64,000 nucleotides of DNA from Planctomycetota bacterium (GTDB taxonomy: Bacteria > Planctomycetota > UBA1135 > UBA2386): contig OZ245006.1 of assembly GCA_965223545.1 (NCBI GenBank), positions 1,376,001 to 1,440,000 on the forward strand, given 5' to 3'. Within the stretch, counting starts at the first letter, position 1. Each line of letters opens with the position of its first letter. Shown here one piece after another: positions 18,748 to 28,822 of this stretch. Both the position numbers and the translations under genes were made by a program. Below the pieces are notes generated by a model. It saw only the letters and a program-made list of their open reading frames with translations, ran no database searches and was not told where the DNA came from.

Positions 18748-21628
18748 TGCGCGCGCCGTTGGAGGCGATGAAGCCCAGCGGGTTGGCAGCGTTGGCAATC
18801 CCCCACTGCACGAACAACGCGCCGCCCACCAACGACGGATTGTTCGGCACCGGAGACGGCAGACTGGCCTTGCCGTTCGCGTCGGTGAGCGCCGCCAACG
18901 TCGCCAGCGGCAAGGTCGTCGCCACGCAACCCGGCGCGCCCAAGACGGCCAGCGGCAAGTTGGCGTGGGTGCCACCGACCATCCAAAACGCCGGCGCAAC
19001 CGGCGGTGCCGTGCGCAACGTCGTGTCGAACACCTGACCGATGGCGGGAGTTCCGGTGGTACCGATCCGCGGCAGGGAGCCGGCCACCGAAGCACACGCC
19101 GGACCGAGCAGATGCACCATCCCGGTGTCGGCTCCGCGCTGCGTCAAGTACACGTGCGCGAGCCCTTCCTGGGTCGCAAACGGCTCGAAGTCACTCGACA
19201 CCAGCACGTCGGACAAGCCGTCACCGTTCAGGTCACCCAGGCCCACGCAGCCGCGCCGCTGCTCCTGCGCGGCTGACCCGTCGAAGGTCTGCAGCACGCG
19301 GCCGTCGTAGCCGGAAAACAGGGTGACGCGGCCGGCGAGGAAAACTCCACTGGCGAAGTACTGCGGGGAGCCGACCATGAAGTCGTCGAAGCCGTCGCCG
19401 TTCACATCGCCGGCTCCGGCGACCCGGTTGCCGAACAGCTCACTCGCTTGGCTGCCGGCGAGCTCGTACAGCAGGCCACCCGTCGCACCCGAGAACACCC
19501 GGACCATTCCAGCATCGACCAAACCGAGCGGGTCGGCCTGGTAGGCACCGACGATGATGTCGTTGGTCCCATCGCCGTTGACGTCACCGGCCACCGCGAG
19601 CGATTCGCCGAACAGGTCGTCGCTCAGTGTCGGCAGAGACCAGGTGTAGATCGGGGTCCAGGTCGTCGTGTCGTAGACCTCGACCTTGCCGCTGTTGCTC
19701 GGCACCGCCCCGGACGGCGAGCCGATCGCCAGCTCGGAGATGCCATCTCCATTGAGATCACCGGTAGCGACGGCCGACCAACCGAACCACTGGAACGGCA
19801 CCGTGCCGCCGAGGGTGCGCAGCTCGGTCAGCGTCGCGCCCGAGTACACCCGCAGCGCGCCGGCCTCGCCGTTGACGATGCCCAAACCGATGAAGAAATC
19901 GGGGACGGAGTCGCCGTTGATGTCGCCGAGGCCACCGACCGAGCTCCCCATGTGGGCACGGAACTGGTTGGAAGTGAACACACCCAGGCTCTGCGCGTCC
20001 GCGCCCGAGAACAGCTCGGCCCGCCCGCTGTCCTGCACGCCCGACTCGTCCCAGTGCCACGACCCGATCAGGAGGTCGCCGACGCCATCGCCGGTGATGT
20101 CACCGATGTCGGCGATCCGATTGCCGAACCAAGTGTCGGCCTGTGCCGGTCCGCGGATGGTGTGGATCACCGTCTGCGTGGCACCCGAGTAGACCCGCAC
20201 GGTGCCCTGCTTGCCCGGGTCCTCGAACGGTGCGCCGATGGCGTAGTCCTTGACTCCATCGCCATCCAGATCGGAGAGCGACGCCAGGCCCAGGCCGAAG
20301 CGCGCCCCCGCCACGCTGGAGGTGAACGGCAAGCCCGCGGCCACTCCGTCCGCCGGCCGCTCGCGATAGACCGAGGCGGCGCCCGCGTCGGCGGCGGCGA
20401 CATCATCGCCGGGCGCACCGAACAACACGTCGGCGTAGCCGTCCAGGTCGCTGTCGCCGCCACTGGCGACCGCTGTCCCGGCGGCGTCGCCCGCCGCGGC
20501 ACCGAGGTCGACGCGCAGTGCAGCACCATCCGTGCCGCGCAGCGTCAGCACGGCACCGGCATCCACACCGGCGACGTCGTCGCCGGGTACGCCGACGACG
20601 ACGTCGGGTTCCGCATCCGCATCGTGTTTGCCGCCGGCAGAGACCGCGGTGCCAAGGGCGTCGCCAGCGGCGCGCCCCTCGCGAGTCCACAGCACGGTAC
20701 CGGTGGCGCCGGAGATAGCGACCACCGAGCCGGCGTCGAGCGCCTTCGTGTCGTCACCGGGGGCACCGACAACGCCGTCGGAAACGCCATCGCCATCCAG
20801 GTCACCCGCGCCAGCGACTGCCGTGCCGAGAGCGTCGCCACCCGCGAGCCCGTCGAACGACTGCAGCACCGCTCCCGTGGCCACCGACAGTGCGATCGCG
20901 CGGCCGGCGTCCACCGCTCCATTGTCAGCACCGGGAGCACCGACCCAGACATCGTCGAAGCAGTCGCCGTCGAGATCGCCCGCACCGGACACGCTCGCGC
21001 CGAACGCATCGCCATCCGCGGAGCCCAACAGCGTTCGCAGCACGGTGCCATCCGCTCCGGAGTAGACGCGCACTGCACCGCCGTCCGTCGCCGCCAGGTC
21101 CGACCCCGGTGCGCCGGCCGCGCAGTCGTCGTAGCCATCACCGTTGGCATCGCCGACGCCCGCCACGGCGGAACCCATTCCATCGCCGGCAGCGTCACCG
21201 TCGACGTGTTGCAGCACGGCACCCGTCGCGCCCGAATACACCGTGAAGCTCCCCGCAGCCGCGCCGGCAGTGGAGTCGCCGGGCGCGCCCACGATCACGT
21301 CCGGGGTGCCGTCGCCATCGACGTCACCGGCGGCCGCCACCGCGGCACCGTGGAGGTCACCGGCAGCAGCGCCGAGCGTCGTGCGCAACACGGACCCGGT
21401 CGCGCCGGAGTGCCAGCGCACCGCACCGGCGTCGACACCGTTGGTCGCCTCGAGTGGCGCACCGACCACGAAGTCGTCGGCAAAGTCCCCGTCGAGGTCA
21501 CCGACGAAGGCGACGGCGGAACCCGCGGCCTCGCCGCCGGCAACACCGCGGACGACGAGGGGGGACTGCGCGAGAACGGGGACGGAGAGACAGACGAAGA
21601 TGGAAAGGCAGGCGTGGGGGCGGCCCAT
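18728..21628 (-). CDS. Secreted FG-GAP/integrin-alpha repeat protein with C-terminal shared domain
   Basis: Signal peptide; many GDxxGDGxxDxxVGAP...AGxVxVYSG repeats, about two propellers' worth. Confidence 0.92.
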   Translation of the reverse strand: MGRPHACLSIFVCLSVPVLAQSPLVVRGVAGGEAAGSAVAFVGDLDGDFADDFVVGAPLEATNGVDAGAVRWHSGATGSVLRTTLGAAAGDLHGAAVAAAGDVDGDGTPDVIVGAPGDSTAGAAAGSFTVYSGATGAVLQHVDGDAAGDGMGSAVAGVGDANGDGYDDCAAGAPGSDLAATDGGAVRVYSGADGTVLRTLLGSADGDAFGASVSGAGDLDGDCFDDVWVGAPGADNGAVDAGRAIALSVATGAVLQSFDGLAGGDALGTAVAGAGDLDGDGVSDGVVGAPGDDTKALDAGSVVAISGATGTVLWTREGRAAGDALGTAVSAGGKHDADAEPDVVVGVPGDDVAGVDAGAVLTLRGTDGAALRVDLGAAAGDAAGTAVASGGDSDLDGYADVLFGAPGDDVAAADAGAASVYRERPADGVAAGLPFTSSVAGARFGLGLASLSDLDGDGVKDYAIGAPFEDPGKQGTVRVYSGATQTVIHTIRGPAQADTWFGNRIADIGDITGDGVGDLLIGSWHWDESGVQDSGRAELFSGADAQSLGVFTSNQFRAHMGSSVGGLGDINGDSVPDFFIGLGIVNGEAGALRVYSGATLTELRTLGGTVPFQWFGWSAVATGDLNGDGISELAIGSPSGAVPSNSGKVEVYDTTTWTPIYTWSLPTLSDDLFGESLAVAGDVNGDGTNDIIVGAYQADPLGLVDAGMVRVFSGATGGLLYELAGSQASELFGNRVAGAGDVNGDGFDDFMVGSPQYFASGVFLAGRVTLFSGYDGRVLQTFDGSAAQEQRRGCVGLGDLNGDGLSDVLVSSDFEPFATQEGLAHVYLTQRGADTGMVHLLGPACASVAGSLPRIGTTGTPAIGQVFDTTLRTAPPVAPAFWMVGGTHANLPLAVLGAPGCVATTLPLATLAALTDANGKASLPSPVPNNPSLVGGALFVQWGIANAANPLGFIASNGARITIGAQ

Positions 21629-21901
21629 TCAGGGTCTCCAAGACGTGATGTGGCTCTGGCAGGGGTGTCGGTGTGCTTCGCGAACGACTCACCGACTGCC
21701 TGGGAATCATAGATGCCCGCCGCGGTCGAGGGGATCCCTCCGGTGTGGTCTCGAGCGCGGACCGCCCCCCGGCACCACCGCGAACGACGGCGGTTCTCCC
21801 CATCCCATCGCCACCTGCGCACGCCGGCGCAGCAGGCACCCCCGGGAAGCCCCCACATCCGAGGCGGGAACCGACCGCGGCGACGGTGGCAGTCGGCCCC
21901 G

Positions 21902-21930
21902 TTGTCGAGTTGCCGAACCGGCCGTACAAT
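21902..21930 (+). promoter_or_regulatory. Putative sigma70-type promoter
   Basis: TTGTCG-N17-TACAAT upstream of 22091. Confidence 0.45.
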
Positions 21931-22090
21931 TGGAGTTTCGCGGCCAGTGCACTCAGGGGCGAGCCGCCCCACGATGCGGCCGCCCCCACACACCAACTCA
22001 GGCCGGGATGCCCTTGCGCGCAATTCGTCGCCGCGCGGCGGTCGCGTACGGGCCACAATTATGCACCGGGCCACAACCCCTCTTCGGGTC

Positions 22091-23212
22091 ATGAATCACC
22101 ATCTACGCCTCGCTCTCGCGACCGGATCGGCCATGCTCGCCGGCGGCTACCTCGCCGGTCATGGCAACTACGTCAAGGCCGTGTTCAACGTCCACGAGTC
22201 GCCCGGAGCAACGGCGCCGCGCTGGATCTCGCCGATGTCCAACGGCTCGACCCGCGGCTCCGAGACCACGCAGCAGACGACTCTCTACATGATGGACCCG
22301 CCGCTAAACCACACCGGTGAGCTCGACGCGCAGGGCTGGCGCATCGTCGCCCAGGACGAGGAGGGCTCGACCCTCGATGGCCAGTTCGAGATGCGCTACG
22401 TCAAGTACGCCAGCAACGGGATCGATCCCGACCCCACCGGGGTGCTGCACTCCTACCAGTTCTGGTTCTTCTTCGGCGGCGCGGCGGGCCAGCAGGCGAT
22501 GGAGTTCGAGATCACCTTCGGTGTGCCACTCACGATCAGAGAACCCACGCACGGCATCGCCGTGGTCCTGCCGGCCGCGCCGTCCTGGCCGAGCGACGGC
22601 ATCTCCGTGCATGGCCAGTTCAACATCCCCAACGACCCGCTGCGCCCGCGCGTGCCCGCGCCCTACGACCAGCAAGTGTGGGCGTTCGACGCACCACCGC
22701 CCTTCGGCACGCCGGTGCCCCTCGGCGGGCGCACTCTCGACACGCTGCAGTTCGGCACGTTGTGGGCGATCGATCCGGTGCTGCAAACCTACGTGCAGTC
22801 GAATGCGTATGGAACCACGCAGGATCTGTTCGGTCCCGAGAGCTTGCACCCCGATACCAGCCGCGGCGACAAGCTCGGCTTCTTCGTGCAGGCCAGCAAC
22901 GACGGCGTCAACGGCAACGCCTACGTTTTCGCTTCGCCTGGACTGCTGCCGACGCCCTTCAAGTTCGCTCCGGCGTCCGGCAACAACCCGTTCGTCCTGC
23001 TGGCGGTCGCCCCGCCGTTCCCGATCCTGCTGAACGCGGGCGCAATCAACCCGGCCAACAGCCAACTCAAGCTACCGCCGATCGACTTCAACCTGTTCCC
23101 GCCGTGCTGCCGCAACTTCTGGTTCCAGGCGCTGCTGCACTTTCCGTCGCCGGTCCCCTCCATTCCCGATCTGGTACAGCTGACCGACGCAACGGGCGTG
23201 CAGGGACTGTAG
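22091..23212 (+). CDS. Secreted hypothetical protein, tandem paralog 1
   Basis: Signal-like N-terminus; collinear similarity to the next gene. Confidence 0.8.
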   Translation: MNHHLRLALATGSAMLAGGYLAGHGNYVKAVFNVHESPGATAPRWISPMSNGSTRGSETTQQTTLYMMDPPLNHTGELDAQGWRIVAQDEEGSTLDGQFEMRYVKYASNGIDPDPTGVLHSYQFWFFFGGAAGQQAMEFEITFGVPLTIREPTHGIAVVLPAAPSWPSDGISVHGQFNIPNDPLRPRVPAPYDQQVWAFDAPPPFGTPVPLGGRTLDTLQFGTLWAIDPVLQTYVQSNAYGTTQDLFGPESLHPDTSRGDKLGFFVQASNDGVNGNAYVFASPGLLPTPFKFAPASGNNPFVLLAVAPPFPILLNAGAINPANSQLKLPPIDFNLFPPCCRNFWFQALLHFPSPVPSIPDLVQLTDATGVQGL

Positions 23213-23220
23213 GGGGTCGA

Positions 23221-24366
23221 GTGACGGCCAGGGTCCCCGCGCAACCCCGATTCCAACACCTGCGCCTCGCCCTCGCGACCGGCGCGGCCATGCTTGCCGG
23301 CGGCTACCTCGCGGGCCACGCCACCTACACCAAGCCGCTGTTCAACCTCTCTCCATCCCCCGGATTCGCCGCTCCGCGGTGGACCAGCGCGATGGTCAAT
23401 GGCACGACGCGCGGCTCCGCGACCGTGCAGCAGACGACGCTGTACATGATGGATCCGCCGCTCAATCACACCGGCATGCTGACCGCGCAGGGCTGGCGCA
23501 TCGTGGTGCAGGACGAGGATGCCTCGACCCTGGATGGCCGCTTCACGATGCACTACGTCAAGTACGCCAGTAACGGCGTGGATCCCGACCCCAGCGGAGT
23601 GCTGCACTCCTTCATGTTCTGGTTCTTCTTCGGTGGCGCGACAGGCCAGCAGGCGATGGAGTTCATCATCATCACCCTGGCACGGCAGCTGAGGGAGCCC
23701 AACCACGGCATCGCAGTGGAGCTGCGCGCCGCACCGTCGTGGCCCAACGATGGAATCTCGGTGCACGGGCAGTTCAATCTGCCCAACGATCCACTGCGCC
23801 CGCGAGTGCCAGCGCCGTACAATCAGCAGGTGTGGGCTTTCGACGCACCGCCGTCGAGCAGTACACCGGTGCCACTCGGCGGACGCGTGCTCGACACTCT
23901 GCTGTTTGCCACGGTTTGGACTGTTGATCCGGTCTTGCAGACCTACGTGCAGTCGGCCGCCTACGGGACGACGATGGACCTGTTCGGCCCTGAGAGCATG
24001 CACCCGGACGCCAACCGGGGTGACAAACTCGGCTTCTTCGTGCAGTCCACCAACAACGGGCTGAACGGCAATGCCTACGTCTTCGCGGCACCGAGGCTCT
24101 CGCCCACGCCCTTGCGGCTCTCCTCGGCGTCGGGCAGCAACCCGTTCGTCCTGCTCGACGTCGCCCCTCCGTTTCCGGTGTGCCTGAGCGCGGGGCCGAT
24201 CAACCCGGCCAACGGCCAGCTCAAGCTACCGGCGATCGACTTCAACCTGTTCCCGCCGTGCTGCCGCAACTTCTGGTTCCAGGCACTGCTGCACTTCCAA
24301 TCACCGTTCCCCTCCTTCCCCGATCCGGTGGAGCTGACGGACGCCACCGGCGTGCGGGGACTGTAG
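23221..24366 (+). CDS. Secreted hypothetical protein, tandem paralog 2
   Basis: Paralog of 22091-23212; GTG start inferred. Confidence 0.8.
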   Translation: MTARVPAQPRFQHLRLALATGAAMLAGGYLAGHATYTKPLFNLSPSPGFAAPRWTSAMVNGTTRGSATVQQTTLYMMDPPLNHTGMLTAQGWRIVVQDEDASTLDGRFTMHYVKYASNGVDPDPSGVLHSFMFWFFFGGATGQQAMEFIIITLARQLREPNHGIAVELRAAPSWPNDGISVHGQFNLPNDPLRPRVPAPYNQQVWAFDAPPSSSTPVPLGGRVLDTLLFATVWTVDPVLQTYVQSAAYGTTMDLFGPESMHPDANRGDKLGFFVQSTNNGLNGNAYVFAAPRLSPTPLRLSSASGSNPFVLLDVAPPFPVCLSAGPINPANGQLKLPAIDFNLFPPCCRNFWFQALLHFQSPFPSFPDPVELTDATGVRGL

Positions 24367-24876
24367 TCAGTCGCGCACCGGCAACGCGCGCGTCGGCCGA
24401 CCGACCACCCACCCCGGCTCCATCGTCACCGCGCCGGTCTGTCCGTCGCGATGCTCCATCATCTGCACGCTCGACACCTGGCCATCGGCGTGGATGAACC
24501 ACTCGATCCCGCTGGTCGGTTCGCGATGGACGCGGATCACCGGCGCGTAACCGTCGCCGATCAAACCGGGAAACGGCGGTGGATTGCGCACCCCGTTCGG
24601 CGCCGGTAGCCAGGTGCCGTCGGGGAACTGCACCGCCCCCGAGGGCGGCACCCCGAGGTTGCCGATCGCGCCGGAGCGGACCTCGGGCGGAGGACCCTGG
24701 AGGACCCCACTGTCGCGCAGCACCGCGTCGACCTGGCTCTCCGGCAACTGCTCGACCCGCGCGCCGGCGGGCGGCGCCTGCGCTTCAGCTCCCCGCCATG
24801 CCCCGACCGCAAAATACGTCAGCGCGCCGGCGGCCAGCGCGATCAATACCACCCGTGGCGTCGACAGCTCAGCCAT
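24367..24876 (-). CDS. Hypothetical membrane-anchored protein
   Basis: N-terminal TM helix; fills the gap between convergent and divergent neighbours. Confidence 0.65.
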   Translation of the reverse strand: MAELSTPRVVLIALAAGALTYFAVGAWRGAEAQAPPAGARVEQLPESQVDAVLRDSGVLQGPPPEVRSGAIGNLGVPPSGAVQFPDGTWLPAPNGVRNPPPFPGLIGDGYAPVIRVHREPTSGIEWFIHADGQVSSVQMMEHRDGQTGAVTMEPGWVVGRPTRALPVRD

Positions 24877-25041
24877 CCACAAGTTATACCACGCGCGACC
24901 CTCCGCCCCGCTCGCCGAACGCCCTCAACTCCATCTGCAAAACGCGTTTACGACAAGCCACCGGACCGCGCTTGCCGACGAAGCATGGTAGCCTGGACGG
25001 GCTGCCCGCCGGCGCACTGCTTTCTGCAACGGACCTCCCGC

Positions 25042-25920
25042 ATGGCACCACGCTCGAGTTGGAAGGGCTTCCTCAAGCTCAGTCTCGTCTCGGTTCCGGT
25101 GAAGGCCTACACCGCGAACGCCACCACCGCCGAGATTCGCCTCAACCAGCTGCACGCGGACTGCAACAACCGCATCCGCTACAAGAAGACCTGCCCCGAG
25201 CACGGCGAGGTCGACAACGACGCCATCGTCAGCGGCTATGAGCTCGGCAAGGGACAGTACGTCGTCATCGACGTCGAAGAGATCCAGAAGCTGCGCACCG
25301 AGTCGGACAAGTCCGTCAACATCAAGGGCTTCATTGCGCCGGACGCGCTCGACCCGCGCTACCACGCCGGCCGCACCTACTACCTGCTGCCCGATGGCGC
25401 GGTCGGCCAGAAGCCGTACGCACTACTGCGGCAGTCGATGGTGGACAACGGCGTGCACGCGCTCGCCCAGGTCGTGATCGCCGGCCGTGAGCAGCTCGTG
25501 CTGCTGCGGCCGATGGACGAGCTGCTGGCGATGACCGTGCTCAGCCACGAGGCCAAGGTGAAGGCGCCGGGATCGTTCTACGACGAGCTGAATCAACAAG
25601 AGCTGGGTTCCGACGAGCTGGCGCTGACCAAGACGCTGATCGACGCATCGCGCCTGGCAGACTTCGACTACGCCGCCTACAAGGACGAGTACGTCGAGAA
25701 GCTCACGCAGCTGATCCAGGCCAAGGTCGACGGCCAGGAGCTCGTCGCGGTGCCCGACCACGAGGAGCCGAAGATCCTCAATTTGATGGAGGCGCTCAAG
25801 CAGAGCGTCGCCGCAGCACAAGCCAGCGCGCCGGCCGAGCCCGCCACCAGCAAGGGCAAGAAGAAGATGGCGCCGAGCAAGGCGCGCAAACGCGCGGCCA
25901 AGAGCAAGAAGACCGGCTGA
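25042..25920 (+). CDS. ku: NHEJ DNA end-binding protein Ku
   Basis: WKGFLKLSLVSVPVKAY, RIRYKKTC, GYELGKGQYV, LNLMEALKQS and basic C-terminal tail. Confidence 0.95.
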   Translation: MAPRSSWKGFLKLSLVSVPVKAYTANATTAEIRLNQLHADCNNRIRYKKTCPEHGEVDNDAIVSGYELGKGQYVVIDVEEIQKLRTESDKSVNIKGFIAPDALDPRYHAGRTYYLLPDGAVGQKPYALLRQSMVDNGVHALAQVVIAGREQLVLLRPMDELLAMTVLSHEAKVKAPGSFYDELNQQELGSDELALTKTLIDASRLADFDYAAYKDEYVEKLTQLIQAKVDGQELVAVPDHEEPKILNLMEALKQSVAAAQASAPAEPATSKGKKKMAPSKARKRAAKSKKTG

Positions 25921-25940
25921 AGCAACGCGCGCCAAAGCCC

Positions 25941-26867
25941 ATGCCGCCCTCCGCGCAGGCTCCCGAACCCGCGCTGCCCGAGTTCATTCCGCCGATGCTG
26001 GCCGGCGTCGCCGAGCCGTTCGATGCCGACACCCACCTGTTCGAGGTCAAGTGGGACGGCATGCGCACGCTGGCCTACCGCGACCGCGGCGGGGTGCGGC
26101 TGGTGAACCGTCACCACCACGACGTCACCGGCCACTTCCCCGAACTCACCGACCTGCAGGCGCTGCCGGTCGGCGTCGTGCTCGACGGCGAGCTGGTGGT
26201 GACGATCGACGGCCGCCCCGACTTCCAGCGGGTCATGGGCCGCCGGCACGCGCGGTCGGCGGCGACCGTGCGCCGCCTCGCCGCCGAGCAGCCGGCGACG
26301 TTCGTCGCCTTCGATCTGCTCTACGCCGAGTTCTGCTGCGTGCAGGACGAGCCGCTCGAGGGGCGCCGCGACCGCCTGGCCGCGGCGCTGAAGGATCGGG
26401 TCACGCCGCACTTGGCCCTGTCCGAGGGCATCGTCGGCCAGGGCCGCATGCTGTTCGAGCACGCCTGCGCGCAGCAGCTGGAGGGCGTCGTCGCCAAGAA
26501 GCTGGGTAGCCCCTACCTGCCGGGACGACGCTCGGAAGCCTGGCTCAAGATCAAGCGGCAACAGACCGCACTGTGCGCGATCCTCGGCTTCCTGCCGGAC
26601 GGTGAACGGGACTTCAAGAGCCTCGCGGTCGCCATCGAGGACGGCGGCGCCCTTCGCTACGTCGGCCAAGTCGGCTCGGGCTTCGACGCCAAACAGCGCG
26701 ACGCGCTCAACGCCGCCCTGCGCGCCCGCGTGGTCGACGCGCCACTGGTGCCCTGCCCCATCACCGCGACCTGGGTCGAATCCGGCCTGTACTGCCGCGT
26801 CACCTACCTCGAGATGACCTCGCACGGGCACCTCCGAGCCCCGGTGTTCGCCGGCATGATCGACTGA
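25941..26867 (+). CDS. Stand-alone ATP-dependent DNA ligase (LigD-ligase/LigC type)
   Basis: Motif I EVKWDGMR, III LDGELV, IIIa FVAFDLL, IV EGVVAK, V WLKIK; OB domain with GQVGSGF and LRAPVF. Confidence 0.93.
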   Translation: MPPSAQAPEPALPEFIPPMLAGVAEPFDADTHLFEVKWDGMRTLAYRDRGGVRLVNRHHHDVTGHFPELTDLQALPVGVVLDGELVVTIDGRPDFQRVMGRRHARSAATVRRLAAEQPATFVAFDLLYAEFCCVQDEPLEGRRDRLAAALKDRVTPHLALSEGIVGQGRMLFEHACAQQLEGVVAKKLGSPYLPGRRSEAWLKIKRQQTALCAILGFLPDGERDFKSLAVAIEDGGALRYVGQVGSGFDAKQRDALNAALRARVVDAPLVPCPITATWVESGLYCRVTYLEMTSHGHLRAPVFAGMID

Positions 26868-26888
26868 CGCCCCCGAGGCGAGCCGAAC

Positions 26889-27494
26889 CTACGCGTCTTC
26901 GCGGCCGACGCCGTCGTACGCCATGACGCGCTCCTCCCAGTCGCGCAACGCCTCGGCAGCTGCCGGCAACTCGAACAAGGCGGCGTTGCGCACGCGCCGC
27001 ATCACCGGCGCCGCGGTCACATCGGCACCGGTCATCGCCTCGCCCACCAGCCATTGCCGACCGCGCAGCGCGGCCGCCAGACGCTCGACCGCCGCGTCGA
27101 ACGCGCGCTGGCTGCGGGCGACGACGGCCTCATCGACGTGGCCCGCGGTGCGCCGGGTATGCACCACATCCATCATCGGGCGGGCCAGCTCGGCGCGCGC
27201 GAACAGCTCCCAGTCCTCCACCTGCCACGCCTCCGCCACCGTGCCGGCGAACAGCGGCGGAGTCGCGCGGAAGTTCGCATCCAGATAGCGCAGGATCGCC
27301 GCCGAGTCGAACAACACGACCTCGCCGTGGACCAGCACCGGCGTCAGGCTCTGGCCGGAGATCCGCTGCAACTCGGCGCGTTGGTCCAAATCGACCTCGA
27401 CGAAACGGTAATGGATGCCCTTGTAGCCCAGCGCGACCCGCACCTTCATGTTGTTGGACGTGTCGAACCCATAGAGTGTGATCGAGGCCGCCAT
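26889..27494 (-). CDS. Glutathione S-transferase family protein
   Basis: KVRVALGYKGI, TPVL, LFDSAAILRYL, WLVGEAMTGADV. Confidence 0.9.
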   Translation of the reverse strand: MAASITLYGFDTSNNMKVRVALGYKGIHYRFVEVDLDQRAELQRISGQSLTPVLVHGEVVLFDSAAILRYLDANFRATPPLFAGTVAEAWQVEDWELFARAELARPMMDVVHTRRTAGHVDEAVVARSQRAFDAAVERLAAALRGRQWLVGEAMTGADVTAAPVMRRVRNAALFELPAAAEALRDWEERVMAYDGVGREDA

Positions 27495-27585
27495 CCTTCG
27501 CAGGCTACCACCGCGCGCCGGCGAGCGCCCGCTCTCGCGTTGCCGCGGCGGCACCGCCTATGCTCGTGTCGTTCTCAGAAGCGCG

Positions 27586-28821
27586 ATGAGCTCCGAACCG
27601 CCACCCCCACCACCGCCCTCCGGCCAGCCCGACGACGCCCCCGCGACAACCGGCCGCTCGCGCAGCGCGCTCGGCGGTCTCGAGGTCGTGGTCACCGGCC
27701 GGCTGCAGAGCATGACCAAGGAAGAGGCGCTCGCCGCGCTGCGCAAGGCCGGCGCGCGATGCCGCGACCTGCCGACGGAGACCACCGCGCTCCTGGTGTT
27801 GGGCGATGGCGGGTGCCCGCTGCGCGCCGACGGCCGCCCCACGCGCGCACTGCAACGCGCCGAGCAGCTGCGCGCCAATGGCGCCCAGCTACGCACGATC
27901 GACGAAGCCGAGCTGCTGGCCCAGCTCGACCCGGAACACGCCGCGCGCCTGGCCCCACTGCACACGACAGCGCGCCTGGCGCGCATGCTCGACGTCCCGG
28001 GGGCGCGCGTGCGCGAGTGGACCAGGGCCGGCCTGCTGCGGGCGACGCACTCGATCCGCAAGCTGCACTACTTCGACTTTCGCGAGGTCGCCCGCGCCCG
28101 CCAGCTCCTCGAGCTGACCAGCGCCGGAGTCACCGTGGCCCGCATCAAGAAGAGCCTGCGCCAGCTGCGCACCTGGCTGCCCGGCGCCGATCGATCGCTG
28201 CATCAGCTGGAGGCCCTGTCCCGTCGCTCGGTCGTGGTGCGGCTCGCCGACGGCCGCGCGGTCGAGCCGAGCGGACAGCTGCGGCTCGAGTTCGCCCAAC
28301 CGCCCGCACCGGCGCCATCGGCTGCGGCGCGGCCGCTGCCGCAGGTGTCGCCCGCCGACGCCGACGGCTGGTGCGCGGTGGCCGAGCGCGCCGAGGCCGA
28401 CCAGCGGTTCGAAGATGCCGCCGAGGCCTACCACCAGGCATTGATGGCGGCCGGCCCCGACGCCGAGCTCGCCTTCAATCTTGGCAATGTGCTGCACGCG
28501 CTCGACCGCACCGGCGAAGCCCTGCAGCGCTACTTGCAAGCCGTCGAGCTGGAGCCGGCCTACGCGGAGGCGTGGAACAACGCCGGCAACGCGATGGCCG
28601 AGCTGGCGCGCCACGAACGCGCGACGCAGGCCTACCAGCGCGCTCTACAGCACGCTCCCGACTACGCCGACGTGCACTACAACCTTGCGGAGTCGCTGCT
28701 CGCGCTGGGCGACACCACCGGCGCCTGCACTCACTGGCGCCAGTACCTGCACGGCGAACAAGACGGTCCCTGGGCCACCCACGCCCGACAACAGCTCGCC
28801 CGACACGAGCCTGCCGATTGA
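27586..28821 (+). CDS. BRCT - MerR-type HTH - TPR protein
   Basis: BRCT-like VVVTGRLQSMTKEEA...GA...LLVLG; MerR-like LARMLDV...VREWTRAGLL...YFDFREV; TPRs AFNLGNVL, AWNNAGNA, VHYNLAE. Confidence 0.85.
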   Translation: MSSEPPPPPPPSGQPDDAPATTGRSRSALGGLEVVVTGRLQSMTKEEALAALRKAGARCRDLPTETTALLVLGDGGCPLRADGRPTRALQRAEQLRANGAQLRTIDEAELLAQLDPEHAARLAPLHTTARLARMLDVPGARVREWTRAGLLRATHSIRKLHYFDFREVARARQLLELTSAGVTVARIKKSLRQLRTWLPGADRSLHQLEALSRRSVVVRLADGRAVEPSGQLRLEFAQPPAPAPSAAARPLPQVSPADADGWCAVAERAEADQRFEDAAEAYHQALMAAGPDAELAFNLGNVLHALDRTGEALQRYLQAVELEPAYAEAWNNAGNAMAELARHERATQAYQRALQHAPDYADVHYNLAESLLALGDTTGACTHWRQYLHGEQDGPWATHARQQLARHEPAD

Positions 28822-28822
28822 A

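Noticed and set aside
22091..24366. Diversity-generating retroelement template/variable repeat pair
   Set aside because: Whole-gene duplication with differences not confined to adenines, and no reverse transcriptase in the window.
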